From: an uncultured Candidatus Binatia bacterium
GTDB lineage: Bacteria; Desulfobacterota; Binatia; UBA9968; JAJDTQ01
Reading direction: 5' to 3'
DNA length: 64,000 nt
Assembly (NCBI GenBank): GCA_965242525.1
Contig: OZ251459.1
Span: 128,001 to 192,000, forward strand
The translations under genes and the position numbers were made by a program. Each line of letters starts with the position of its first letter. The stretch's first letter is position 1. The notes beneath the pieces were generated by a model. That model did not search any database, was not told the DNA's origin, and saw nothing but the letters and a program-made list of their open reading frames with translations. Below are positions 48,102 to 57,524 of the stretch, in pieces.

Positions 48102-51100
48102 ATGACGGCAGCGAACGAAACCAACCTGACCGCGGCGGCCGAAGCGTACTTTGCCGACCTGGGGCGGGTGCGGGCCTCGGGTGGGGCCACCGGGGAGCGG
48201 TCCAGCTACGGACCGCTGGCGCAACTGCTGAACGCCGTTGGCGCGGCCCTCAAGCCCAAGGTGTTCTGCGTCCAGGAGCTTGCCGACCAGGGCGTGGGCC
48301 ATCCCGATTTTGGTCTCTTTGCCGCAAAGCAGGTCCAGAAGGGCCAACCGCGCGAAGGCCAGACGCCGGAACGTGGAGTGGTGGAAGTGAAGGCCGCGGA
48401 CGATGACGCATGGCTTACGGCAGCAGGGGACCAGGTAAGCCGCTATTGGGGCCGTTACCGGCTGGTGCTGGTGACCAACACCCGTGACTTCGTGCTGGTG
48501 GGAGAGGACGCCACGGGCCGGCCGGCGAAGCTCGAAACCTTCCGGTTGGCGGATAGCGCGGACGACTTCCGGCGCAAACTGGAAAAGCCGCGCACTTTCG
48601 CCCGGGATGTGGGCGCGGGGTTGGGCGAGTACCTGTGCCGGGCGCTCTCGCACCGGGCCGCGCTGGCCGAACCCGGGGACTTGGCATGGCTGCTGGCCTC
48701 CTATGCACGGGACGGGCTTGCACGGGTGGAGGCCGCGGGCGACGCGCCATCGTTGGAAGCGGTGCGCAAGGCGCTGGAAGAGGCGTTGGGCGTCCGCTTC
48801 GAGGGAGAGAAGGGCGTGCGCTTTTTCCGTTCGACCCTGGTGCAGACGCTCTTCTACGGCATCTTCTCCGCCTGGGTGCTGTGGGCGCGGGCCAGTGGTG
48901 TGGGAGGCGATGTCGGTGACAGCGGGCCATCGTTCTCCCGCGGCGCTGCACGCTTCGACTGGCGCACCGCGGTATGGCACCTGCGCGCGCCGGTGCTGGC
49001 GGCGTTGTTCCAGCAATTGTCGCAACCCGGCCGCCTGCAACCGCTGGGTCTGGTGGAAGTGCTGGACTGGACCGCAGCGGCGCTGGACCGTGTGGACCAC
49101 GGGGCCTTCTTCGCCCGCTTCCACGAAGGCGAGGCCGTGCCCTATTTCTACGAACCCTTCCTCGAAGCCTTCGACCCCGAACTGCGCAAGCAACTGGGCG
49201 TCTGGTACACCCCTTCCGAAGTGGTGCGCTACATGGTGGCCCGGGTGGACCGGGCCTTGAAGGACGATCTGAACATCCCCGAGGGGTTGGCTGCGGAGAA
49301 CGTCTATGTGCTGGACCCGTGCTGCGGCACCGGGGCCTACCTGGCGGAGGTCTTGCGCCGCATCGCCGCCAACCTGGAAGGCAGCGGCCTGGGAGCGTTG
49401 GCCGGGGCGCGGGTGAAGCAGGCGGCCACCGAGCGGGTGTTCGGCTTCGAGATCATGCCCGCTCCCTTCGTGGTGGCTCACCTTCAGGTGGGACTGACCA
49501 TGCAGGACCTGGACGCGCCCTTGGCGGACGACGGGGCGGAACGGCCCGGGGTCTTCCTCACCAACGCGCTGACCGGCTGGGAGCCGCACACCATCAAGCC
49601 GCTGCCCTTCCCGGAACTGGAGGAAGAACGCGACCGTGCGGAGCGGGTGAAGCAGGACAGGCCCATCTTGGTGATCCTGGGCAACCCTCCCTACAACGGC
49701 TTTGCCGGCATGGCGGTGGACGAGGAGCGGGAACTGTCGGAGTCCTACCGAAGGACCAAGCGGGTGCGGCGACCGGAGGGACAGGGGTTGAACGACCTGT
49801 ACGTGCGCTTCTTCCGCATGGCGGAACGGCGCATTGCGGAGAAGACGGGTCGGGGGGTGGTCTGCTTCATCTCCAACTACTCGTGGCTCGACGGCCTGTC
49901 GTTCACGGGGATGCGGGAACGCTACCTGGAAGCGTTCGACGCGGTGCGCATCGACTGCCTGAACGGGGACAAGTACAAGACCGGGAAGGTAGCGCCGGAC
50001 GGGAGGCCGGACCCGAGCATTTTTTCGACGGATGGGGACCCTGTGGGGATCCAGGTGGGGACGGCGATAGCGACGCTGGTGCGCAAGGCGGAGCATGCGC
50101 CGGCGGAAGCGGTAGGTTTCCGCCATCTGTGGGGTCAGGCGAAGCGGGTGGAGTTGCTGGAAACCGCGGAAGCGGATCCGGACACGGTGTATGCTGAGGT
50201 GTCCCCGCTTCTGCCCCTAGGCCTGCCGTTCGTGCAAACGGCGGTCAGCGAGGACTGGTTCGACTGGCCGGCGTTGCCCGACCTGTTTCCGGTGTCGTTT
50301 CCGGGGGTGCAGACCAGCCGCGACGGGTTTCTCGTCGATACCGACCTTGATCTGTTGAAGGCGCGGATCGGCGATTACTTCGACCCGACTATACGCCACG
50401 AGGAGGTCGCGCAGCGCTATCCATCAGCCATGAAGGATACCGTGTGGTTCGATGCGCGAGCAGTGCGAGACGTTCTGCTCTCACGGGGCGGCCCGAATGA
50501 AGACGGCTTCGTTCGTCATGCCTACCGCCCGTTCGATAACCGATGGCTGTATTGGGAGGCGGATGGAGGGTTGCTTGACCGTCCCCGCGCCGACTACCGT
50601 CCCCATGTGTTCAGGGACAACCTATGGCTATGCAATGCGCAACATGTGAGGAAGGGAGCGGATGAACCGCAAGCGTATTTTACGCGACATACCGGCGCAC
50701 GGCACTTGATAGAACGCGGCGCGAATTGGTTTCCGGCATGGTTGCGCGACGACAGCCAAGGTATGGGCCGCCATCCCAATCTGTCAGGCGATGCGCAACG
50801 CTACCTCGACCGCCTCGGTCTCGGCGTCGAGGACCTGTTCCACCACGTCCTGGCAACCCTCCACGACCCCGCCTACCGGGAGGCCAATGCCGGCGCGCTC
50901 CGCATGGAGTGGCCGCGCATCCCGCTTCCCGGCTGGCCTGCCCCCGGGACCGCAAGGGTATCGCCGGCTTCGATCCGCTCTGCCTTGCCCCCCACCCCTG
51001 CGGGCGGGACGCCCGCGCTCCCAGGGGGGTCCCTCGCTTATGAGGGCCATGAGCCAGCCGGGGAAAGCGCCTTTCCTGGGAACGCGGGCGTCCCGCCCGC

Positions 51101-51695
51101 ATCCGAACAAGGCTCCGCATCCTCGGACAGGGAGACCACCGAAGCGGCTGACGCCCTCGCCCGATCAGCCGCCCGGGGCCGCCAACTCGCAGCCCTGCTC
51201 GACCCCGATACGCCGGTCCCCGGCGTCACCACGGGCGCGCTGCGCCCGGAGATAGCCGCCATCGCCGTGCCCGCCACCACCGACGGACGCAACATGACCG
51301 GCCAGGATTTCGCCCTCACCGCAGGCTGGGGCCACGTCGGAGCGGGCGGCGCGGTCATGCCCGGCCAGGGCCGCATCGTCGAGCGCGCCTTTACACCGGA
51401 CGAACGCGCTGCCTTGAGCAGCGCCCTCCCGGCCCTCGGCGAGACTACCTTCGACGTGTACCTGAACGACCGCGCTTTCTGGCGCAACGTTCCCGCCGCG
51501 GTCTGGAGCTACAAGCTCGGCGGCTACCAAGTCCTCAAGAAATGGCTCTCTTACCGCGAACGCGGCATCATCGACCGTCCGCTGCGCCCGGAGGAAGTCG
51601 GGCGCTTCACCGATGCCGCAAGGCGAATCGCCGCGATTCTGCTGCAAAGTGGATTCCCGCCCCCGCTTCCGCGAGGGCATGCTTTGCGGGAATGA
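48102..51695 (+). CDS. Type ISP-like restriction-modification enzyme without a helicase (nuclease-N6-MTase-ISP specificity domain)
   Basis: HPDFG...VEVK, YFYEPFL, GVWYTP, LDPCCGTGAYL, NPPY, YRPFD..W, YKLGGYQVLKKWLSYR. Confidence 0.88.
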   Translation: MTAANETNLTAAAEAYFADLGRVRASGGATGERSSYGPLAQLLNAVGAALKPKVFCVQELADQGVGHPDFGLFAAKQVQKGQPREGQTPERGVVEVKAADDDAWLTAAGDQVSRYWGRYRLVLVTNTRDFVLVGEDATGRPAKLETFRLADSADDFRRKLEKPRTFARDVGAGLGEYLCRALSHRAALAEPGDLAWLLASYARDGLARVEAAGDAPSLEAVRKALEEALGVRFEGEKGVRFFRSTLVQTLFYGIFSAWVLWARASGVGGDVGDSGPSFSRGAARFDWRTAVWHLRAPVLAALFQQLSQPGRLQPLGLVEVLDWTAAALDRVDHGAFFARFHEGEAVPYFYEPFLEAFDPELRKQLGVWYTPSEVVRYMVARVDRALKDDLNIPEGLAAENVYVLDPCCGTGAYLAEVLRRIAANLEGSGLGALAGARVKQAATERVFGFEIMPAPFVVAHLQVGLTMQDLDAPLADDGAERPGVFLTNALTGWEPHTIKPLPFPELEEERDRAERVKQDRPILVILGNPPYNGFAGMAVDEERELSESYRRTKRVRRPEGQGLNDLYVRFFRMAERRIAEKTGRGVVCFISNYSWLDGLSFTGMRERYLEAFDAVRIDCLNGDKYKTGKVAPDGRPDPSIFSTDGDPVGIQVGTAIATLVRKAEHAPAEAVGFRHLWGQAKRVELLETAEADPDTVYAEVSPLLPLGLPFVQTAVSEDWFDWPALPDLFPVSFPGVQTSRDGFLVDTDLDLLKARIGDYFDPTIRHEEVAQRYPSAMKDTVWFDARAVRDVLLSRGGPNEDGFVRHAYRPFDNRWLYWEADGGLLDRPRADYRPHVFRDNLWLCNAQHVRKGADEPQAYFTRHTGARHLIERGANWFPAWLRDDSQGMGRHPNLSGDAQRYLDRLGLGVEDLFHHVLATLHDPAYREANAGALRMEWPRIPLPGWPAPGTARVSPASIRSALPPTPAGGTPALPGGSLAYEGHEPAGESAFPGNAGVPPASEQGSASSDRETTEAADALARSAARGRQLAALLDPDTPVPGVTTGALRPEIAAIAVPATTDGRNMTGQDFALTAGWGHVGAGGAVMPGQGRIVERAFTPDERAALSSALPALGETTFDVYLNDRAFWRNVPAAVWSYKLGGYQVLKKWLSYRERGIIDRPLRPEEVGRFTDAARRIAAILLQSGFPPPLPRGHALRE
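50943..51101. repeat. REP doublet/triplet inserted in frame within the RM gene
   Basis: TGCGGGCGGGACGCCCGCGCTCCCAGG (50999-51025) and its inverted copy (51075-51101, 26/27); a degenerate third copy at 50943-50968. Confidence 0.85.
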
Positions 51696-51722
51696 CGGGG
51701 TGGGCTTTCTCGGGAATGACGG
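51650..51722 (+). repeat. direct repeat of 47814-47888 (REP-derived)
   Basis: TGGATTCCCGCCCCCGCTTCCGCGAGG.CATGCTTT..GCGGGAATGACGG.GTGGGCTTTC.CGGGAATGACGG at both sites. Confidence 0.88.
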
Positions 51723-51743
51723 GATGAGAGGGAATGACGGGAT

Positions 51744-51840
51744 GGGAACCTCTGGACAATCCTGGCTTGAGGCGCCTCTCCCTATGGAAAGCGCGTCCTT
51801 CGACTTCGCTTCGCTACGCTCAGGACGAACGGGGATAGGA
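51744..51840 (+). mobile_element. MITE-like element, copy G (one TIR only)
   Basis: GGGAACCTCTGGACAATC followed by the core at 51791-51833. Confidence 0.65.
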
Positions 51841-51941
51841 TAGTCAGGATGAGGGGGAGGGTGCGAGTACGTGTCACACTCACGCCGGATACAACGTGTT
51901 CATCACTTGGAGGCTGTTGCGGTGACGTGTGAGCGCGCGCG

Positions 51942-52073
51942 TCACACTGCGACGCCCGCTTCGGCGCGGCGCAGCAGGTTCAACACGGCATGGGCGCCGG
52001 CCGAACAGGAGCGGGCCATGTCCAGGGGCGTAGCGCCGTCCAGCAACGGATGCGGACGCTCGAGGAAACGGGC
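51942..52073 (-). pseudogene. C-terminal remnant of an Xre/MbcA/ParS (DUF2384-like) antitoxin
   Basis: Manual translation ARFLERPHPLLDGATPLDMARSCSAGAHAVLNLLRRAEAGVAV*; the stop overlaps a GTG (GTGA) that opens only a ~21-codon stub. Confidence 0.75.
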
Positions 52074-52121
52074 CGATGGTGGATGGTGGCTTCCGGAAAC
52101 CGGACGGCGGCAGACGGTCCT

Positions 52122-53906
52122 TCAGGACGATGCGACCTGTTCCTCGTTCGGATGGGCTCGTTCGAAAAGGTCCTTCAACAGGTCGAGTTTCTCGCTGACT
52201 TCCCCGGGAATGGACGACGAATGAACGAAGCGCGCGAGTCGGTGCAGTTCGCCTTTTCCGAGCAGCATCGCGTGTCCGGTCTCGTTCGCGAGACGGCGAA
52301 AGAACTCCTCGGCGAAGTCGCTGAGCTTCAACCGTTCGGTTCTGGCCTGCCACAGCAGTCGGGCCGCGTCAGGTCCGGCGTTCTTCCAGGTAGCGAGGTC
52401 CTCCTCGCGACCCTTGAAGGTCCGTTCCAGGATCAGCGCGTCCAGCACCTCGTCGGCCCGGTGAACGAACGGCGACGAGTCCCCGTACTGCTCCACGACT
52501 TCGCTACGGAGCACCTCCGGCGTGACGAGATAATTCTCGACTTCGTAGCGCGTCCAGTAAACGATGCGAAGGCCGCTTTCCTCGGAGTCCATGCGCTGAC
52601 GGCCGTCGTTGTCCAGGATGGCGAGACCGTGCAGGCCTGGCGCCATGTGGCGCAAGGCGTGGAAGTGCCTCTTCGGAGGCATGCCGAATCCTCCCTCCAC
52701 ACGCTCCAGTTCGGCGTCCGGATGGTTGTCCTGCACGTAGAAGACGTTGATTCGTTGGTCCCATACGGTCAACACCGGATGGTCCAGCCGTTGCGCCAAA
52801 GCCCGTAGTACGTCGAGGTCGGTTCGTCCCTCCACGTACAGGACGTAACCGCGCTCGAAGGCCCGGACGTAATGCTCGGCGCCAAAGTGTTTGAGCGCGT
52901 TGCTGATGTCGGTCTTGGCGGCCAAGTCGTTCGCTTGTCCTCGTAACAGCAGCGTAAGGTTTCGTTCGAGTCCCTCGTCGAGGATTACCTCCGAATGGGT
53001 GACCAGTACGACCTGCGACTCGTTCTGCGCCGCGATCTCCCGCAGAAGGACGTAAACCTGTCTTTGCCGGAGGATTTCCAGGTGCGCGTCGGGCTCATCG
53101 ACGAGCAGCACGGCCCGACGATGGGAGTAGAGGTAGGCGAAGATGAGGAGCATCTGCTGGAATCCGCGGCCTGCGAGCGAGACCTCCAGCGGCTCCTTCA
53201 CGTTGGCCTGACGGTACGAGAGGGCGATGGTGCCGCGCGCGGTTTCGGTGGGTTCGCTCAGCTCCACCAAGAACAGCCACGCCATCAGTTCGGTAATCCG
53301 ATGCCAGTTCTCCGGGGCGTCCTCGAACACCAGGAGGCACAGATTGCGGAGCACCTGGGCCGTCTGCCCCTGCCCCAGCAGCACGTCGATACGACCGGGT
53401 TGCAGGATCGGCTCCTCGGTATCGAGACCCGACATCGGGTAGAGCAGCGCCACGTCCAGTCCTGCCGCGGTCTTCACGACGTCCGGCCTCTGCAGGGTCG
53501 CTTCGTCGGGAGTGCAGTAGATCAGTTCGTCTCCCTGGTTGCGGAAGCGCATGGTGACCGGCTCCACCCTGTTCTCGTGCAGGACGCCCATCGTGATCGA
53601 GAGTGGAACGTCCCGGTTGCCGCGCCGTACCATGGCGTTGTGCCAGAAGTAGCGGGTACGCCGGACCGGCGCCGAGACGATGTTCAGTCGGTTGAGCGAA
53701 GTCGCCGTGCGCTCCCTGGGCGTGGAACGTCCCTTTGCGTCGAACCACGTTCTGACCGCCTGGGACCAGAGCGCGATGGCCTGGATCACCGTGGTCTTGC
53801 CACAGTTGTTGGGACCGATGAGTACGGCCGGATGGTCCAGTTCGATCCGCTGACGTTCGCCGAAGCGCTTGAAGTTCTGGATCTCGACGTAGTGAAGCCG
53901 TCTCAT
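52122..53906 (-). CDS. ABC-type ATPase plus TOPRIM protein (OLD-like nuclease)
   Basis: GGAG RBS; IQNFKRF, Walker A GPNNCGKT, signature AGRG, Walker B LLVDEPDAHL, VTHS, TOPRIM YVEGRTD...LDND, EVENY. Confidence 0.85.
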   Translation of the reverse strand: MRRLHYVEIQNFKRFGERQRIELDHPAVLIGPNNCGKTTVIQAIALWSQAVRTWFDAKGRSTPRERTATSLNRLNIVSAPVRRTRYFWHNAMVRRGNRDVPLSITMGVLHENRVEPVTMRFRNQGDELIYCTPDEATLQRPDVVKTAAGLDVALLYPMSGLDTEEPILQPGRIDVLLGQGQTAQVLRNLCLLVFEDAPENWHRITELMAWLFLVELSEPTETARGTIALSYRQANVKEPLEVSLAGRGFQQMLLIFAYLYSHRRAVLLVDEPDAHLEILRQRQVYVLLREIAAQNESQVVLVTHSEVILDEGLERNLTLLLRGQANDLAAKTDISNALKHFGAEHYVRAFERGYVLYVEGRTDLDVLRALAQRLDHPVLTVWDQRINVFYVQDNHPDAELERVEGGFGMPPKRHFHALRHMAPGLHGLAILDNDGRQRMDSEESGLRIVYWTRYEVENYLVTPEVLRSEVVEQYGDSSPFVHRADEVLDALILERTFKGREEDLATWKNAGPDAARLLWQARTERLKLSDFAEEFFRRLANETGHAMLLGKGELHRLARFVHSSSIPGEVSEKLDLLKDLFERAHPNEEQVASS

Positions 53907-54037
53907 GCGGTCTCCCTCCAGCCCTTCGGGCGGGTGCACCTGCAAGCTTCTCCCGGAGACGGTTGTCATCGCCTTGCAGGAGTGGTTCCTCGTGCCGGTC
54001 CTCCGTGCGCAGGACACCCGTCCGCTCCGATGGGAAT

Positions 54038-54067
54038 TTGTGCCTTGGAAAGCGTTGGTGGTATCAT
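54038..54067 (+). promoter_or_regulatory. putative extended -10 promoter of the amidohydrolase operon
   Basis: TTGTGC-N18-TATCAT with TGn directly before the -10. Confidence 0.45.
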
Positions 54068-54144
54068 CTTGGCCAAGGTTGGTCCACCATCGGCGATCCG
54101 TATGACGGCGTGCGCGAATCCGCAGTTTCGGGAAGGACTGGAAG

Positions 54145-55737
54145 ATGGCGACTTACGATACCGTGGTTCACGGCGGGGCGATCATCGACGGGGCCGGCAA
54201 CCCGTGGTTCTACGGCGACTTGGCCATCGCGGACGGGAAGATTGCGGCCGTGGGCAGGCTCGACCCCGGGTCCGGCCGGCGCGCCATCGACGCCCGGGGC
54301 AAGGTGGTCGCTCCGGGTTTCATCGACATGCACACCCACAGCGACCAGCCGCTGGTGGCGGACGGCAACGCCGAAAGCAAGGTCCGGCAGGGGGTGACGC
54401 TGGACATCATCGGCGAGAGCCAGACCGTGGCGCCGCTGGTGGGGCCGGTCTTCGAGGAGTACGCGGCCGAACACCGTTACCGGAGCGGCATCGAGACCGA
54501 CTGGTCCACCTTCCGCGAGTACTTCCACCGGCTGATGGCCGGCGGGATCTCCATGAACGTGGCCTCCGGCGTCTCCCCGCAGCAGGTCAAGCGGGTGGTG
54601 GTGGGGTTCCAGGAACGCCCCGCCAGCGCGGAGGAGCAGGAACGGATGAACGCCTACGTGGCCGCGGCCATGGAGCAGGGCGCCCTGGGGCTCACGGCCG
54701 CGTGGCACGCCAAGGGTCCCGAGTACCCGGACGAGGTGGTCTCCATGGCCCGGGTCGCGCGGCAATACGGCGGCTATTACGGCGTGCACCTGGGCAGCGA
54801 GGGCTTCGACATCATGGAGGAGCTGGAGAAGGCGCTCAAGGTGGGACGGGAAGCGGACATCCCCCTGCACGTCTATCACCTGAAGATGCGCTCCAAGGAG
54901 AACTGGGGGCGCGTCATGCAGGTGGTGGAGCAGATCGAGGAGGCCCGGCGCGAGGGGCTGGACGTGACCGCCAACCAGTACCCCTACACCGCCATGCAAC
55001 ACCCGTGGCGGCGGCTGTTCCCTCGCTGGGTGCAGGACGCCCCGGTGCAGGAGACCATCGGCCAGTTCATGAGTCCGAGCTTCCGCCAGCGGGTCATGGA
55101 CGACCCCGAGTTCCACCAGTACGTCAGCGAGCACGGCGGTTGGGAAGGCGTGGTGGCGGCGCGCCTGGACAAGCCCCAGCACAAGGGGCTGGAGGGAAAG
55201 ACCATCGCCCGGATCGCGGAGATACGCGGCCAGGACCCCGCCAGCGCCTGCTTCGACCTGATCTACGGCGAGGGCGTCTTCATCCATGGCATCCACCACA
55301 CCATGCGCGAGCAGGACGTGCAGGACGTGATGCGGGTTCCCTGGATCTCGGTGGCCTCGGACGGCAGCGCCCTGAACTTCCGGTCCCCCGGCGTGCCCCA
55401 CCCGCGCAGCTTCGGCACCAACCCCCGGGTGCTGGGCCGGTACGTGCGCGACGAGAAGGTGCTGACCCTGCCGGACGCCGTGCGCAAGATGACCTCGCTG
55501 CCGGCCCAGGTGCTGGGCCTCAAGGACCGGGGGCTGCTCCGGGAAGGGTACTGGGCCGACGTGGTGGTGTTCGACCCCGACACGGTGGCGGACCGGGCCA
55601 CGTTCGACAACCCGAAACAGTATCCCGGGGGCATCGAGTACGTGCTGGTCAACGGCGGCGTGGTGGTCGAGAACGGCGACCATACCGGGGCCCGGCCCGG
55701 GCGCGTCGTCCACGGTCCCGGGAAGAAGGAGGCATGA
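54145..55737 (+). CDS. N-acyl-D-amino-acid deacylase family amidohydrolase
   Basis: PGFIDMHTHSD, QGVT, QYPY, SDG, HPRSFG, ADVVVFDP. Confidence 0.88.
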   Translation: MATYDTVVHGGAIIDGAGNPWFYGDLAIADGKIAAVGRLDPGSGRRAIDARGKVVAPGFIDMHTHSDQPLVADGNAESKVRQGVTLDIIGESQTVAPLVGPVFEEYAAEHRYRSGIETDWSTFREYFHRLMAGGISMNVASGVSPQQVKRVVVGFQERPASAEEQERMNAYVAAAMEQGALGLTAAWHAKGPEYPDEVVSMARVARQYGGYYGVHLGSEGFDIMEELEKALKVGREADIPLHVYHLKMRSKENWGRVMQVVEQIEEARREGLDVTANQYPYTAMQHPWRRLFPRWVQDAPVQETIGQFMSPSFRQRVMDDPEFHQYVSEHGGWEGVVAARLDKPQHKGLEGKTIARIAEIRGQDPASACFDLIYGEGVFIHGIHHTMREQDVQDVMRVPWISVASDGSALNFRSPGVPHPRSFGTNPRVLGRYVRDEKVLTLPDAVRKMTSLPAQVLGLKDRGLLREGYWADVVVFDPDTVADRATFDNPKQYPGGIEYVLVNGGVVVENGDHTGARPGRVVHGPGKKEA

Positions 55738-57410
55738 GCATGGCGCTGCCCGATTGTCTTTTCGCCGACACGATCCTGGTCAACGGCAACGTGGTCACGG
55801 TGGACGACGCCCGCCCCGCCGCGGAAGCCGTGGCCGTCAAGGGCGACCGCATCCTGTACGTGGGCGGCAACGACGAGGCGCGCCAGTGCGCCGGCCGGGC
55901 CACCCGGGTCATCGACGTGCGGGGCAAGACCGTGCTGCCGGGCTTCATCGAGCCCCACACCCATTTCATGTCCTTCGGCACCCGGCTGGCGATGGTGAAC
56001 GTCCGCACCCCGCCCAACCGCTCCATGGAGGACGTGCTGGCGCGCATCCGCGAGCGGGCGGCGGTGACCCCCAGGGGCCAATGGATCCAGGCCCAGGGCT
56101 ACGAGCACACCGCCATCGCGGAGAAGCGTTGGCCCACCCGGGCCGAGCTCGACGCCGCGGCCCCCGACCACCCGCTGCTCATCACCTACCGCTCGTCCCA
56201 CGTGTGGATGGCCAACAGCGCGGCGTTGCGGCTCGCGGGCATCGACGACCATACGCCCCAGCCCGAAGGCGGCCACATGGACCGGGACCCGCGCACCGGC
56301 AAGCTCACCGGGGTCTTGCGGGAGAAGGCGGCCAGCCGGCCGGTGACGAGCCTGGTGCCGCACCCCACGCTGGAGGAACTCAAGGACGGCGTGGAGCTGG
56401 CGGGCCGGGAGTACAACTCGGTGGGCATCACGTCCACCCACGACGCCGGCACCGGCGACACGCCGGACTACTACCGCGCCTACCAGGAGGCCATCGACGA
56501 GGGCCGGCTCAAGGTCCGGGTCTATCTCATGATCCACGACCTGCCCTACAAGCGCTTCTACCTGGAGCGGGACTTAGGTCTTCGCACCGGCTTCGGCAGC
56601 GACTGGCTGCGGCTGGGCGCGGTCAAGACCTGCAGCGACGGCTCCATCCAGGTGCATACCTGCGCCTTCTACGACCCCTACGTCACCAGCGACACCGACG
56701 ACCCCACCAAGGACCCTTGCGGCGTGCTCCAGTACTCGCCGGAGGACCAGAAGAAGATCGTGCTGGAGGCCCACGCAAAGGGCTACCAGGTGGCGGTCCA
56801 CGCCCAGGGGGACCGGGGCATCGACGTGACCCTGGACGCCATCGAGAACGCCATGACCCTGGCGCCCCGGCCGAACCCGCGCCACCGCATCGAGCACTGC
56901 CAAGGGGTGACCCGGGCCGCGCTGGAGCGCATGAAACGGCTGGGGGTCATCGCCTCCTTCTACCCGCACCACCTCTGGTACTGGGGCGACCGCCACATCC
57001 ACGACTTCCTGGGCATGGAGCGCGCGCAACGGCTGGACCCCATGCGCACCGCCATGGACTTGGGCGTGGTCACCGTGGCCCACTCGGACACGCCCATCGC
57101 CCTGCCCAAGGACCCGCTCTTCGCCACCGATCCGCTCTTCGGCATCTGGTGCGCGGTCAACCGCACCACCCGGGCCGGCGTGGTGCTGGGTCCCGACGAG
57201 CGCATCACGCCCATGGAGGGCATCCGCGCCTACACCATCAACGCCGCTTATGCGGCTTTCGAGGAAGGAATCAAGGGCTCCATCGAGGTGGGCAAGCTGG
57301 CGGACCTGGTGGTGCTGGGGGAAAACCCCCTCACGGTGGACCCGTGGGAGATACGCCACATCCCGGTGGAGCAGACCATGGTGGGGGGCGAGGTCGTCTA
57401 TCAGGCCTGA
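55734..57410 (+). CDS. amidohydrolase family 3 (YtcJ-like)
   Basis: ATGA overlap; PGFIEPHTH, HAQGD, RHRIEH, HSD, GSIEVGKLADLVVL. Confidence 0.9.
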   Translation: MSMALPDCLFADTILVNGNVVTVDDARPAAEAVAVKGDRILYVGGNDEARQCAGRATRVIDVRGKTVLPGFIEPHTHFMSFGTRLAMVNVRTPPNRSMEDVLARIRERAAVTPRGQWIQAQGYEHTAIAEKRWPTRAELDAAAPDHPLLITYRSSHVWMANSAALRLAGIDDHTPQPEGGHMDRDPRTGKLTGVLREKAASRPVTSLVPHPTLEELKDGVELAGREYNSVGITSTHDAGTGDTPDYYRAYQEAIDEGRLKVRVYLMIHDLPYKRFYLERDLGLRTGFGSDWLRLGAVKTCSDGSIQVHTCAFYDPYVTSDTDDPTKDPCGVLQYSPEDQKKIVLEAHAKGYQVAVHAQGDRGIDVTLDAIENAMTLAPRPNPRHRIEHCQGVTRAALERMKRLGVIASFYPHHLWYWGDRHIHDFLGMERAQRLDPMRTAMDLGVVTVAHSDTPIALPKDPLFATDPLFGIWCAVNRTTRAGVVLGPDERITPMEGIRAYTINAAYAAFEEGIKGSIEVGKLADLVVLGENPLTVDPWEIRHIPVEQTMVGGEVVYQA

Positions 57411-57435
57411 GCGCCGCAGCGGGCGGGTGGGGGGT

Positions 57436-57466
57436 GCAGCCGCGCCGCGGGATGCGGCGCGGCTGC
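57436..57466. terminator. GC-rich hairpin between convergent genes
   Basis: Perfect 13-bp stem GCAGCCGCGCCGC/GCGGCGCGGCTGC with a 5-nt loop; no U-tract. Confidence 0.5.
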
Positions 57467-57524
57467 CGGAGAAGTCCATGATCGTTCCCTCGGCGTTGCC
57501 CGCAAGGGGGCGCCGCCTACGGGA

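Noticed and set aside
35243-57410. Apparent giant fusion ORFs 35243-38353, 42814-44922, 43275-46262, 45320-47242, 47934-51695 and 52995-57410
   Set aside because: Stop-free upstream extensions; internal starts and motifs place the real genes at 37073, 43468, 45192, 46308 (pseudogene), 48102 and 55734.
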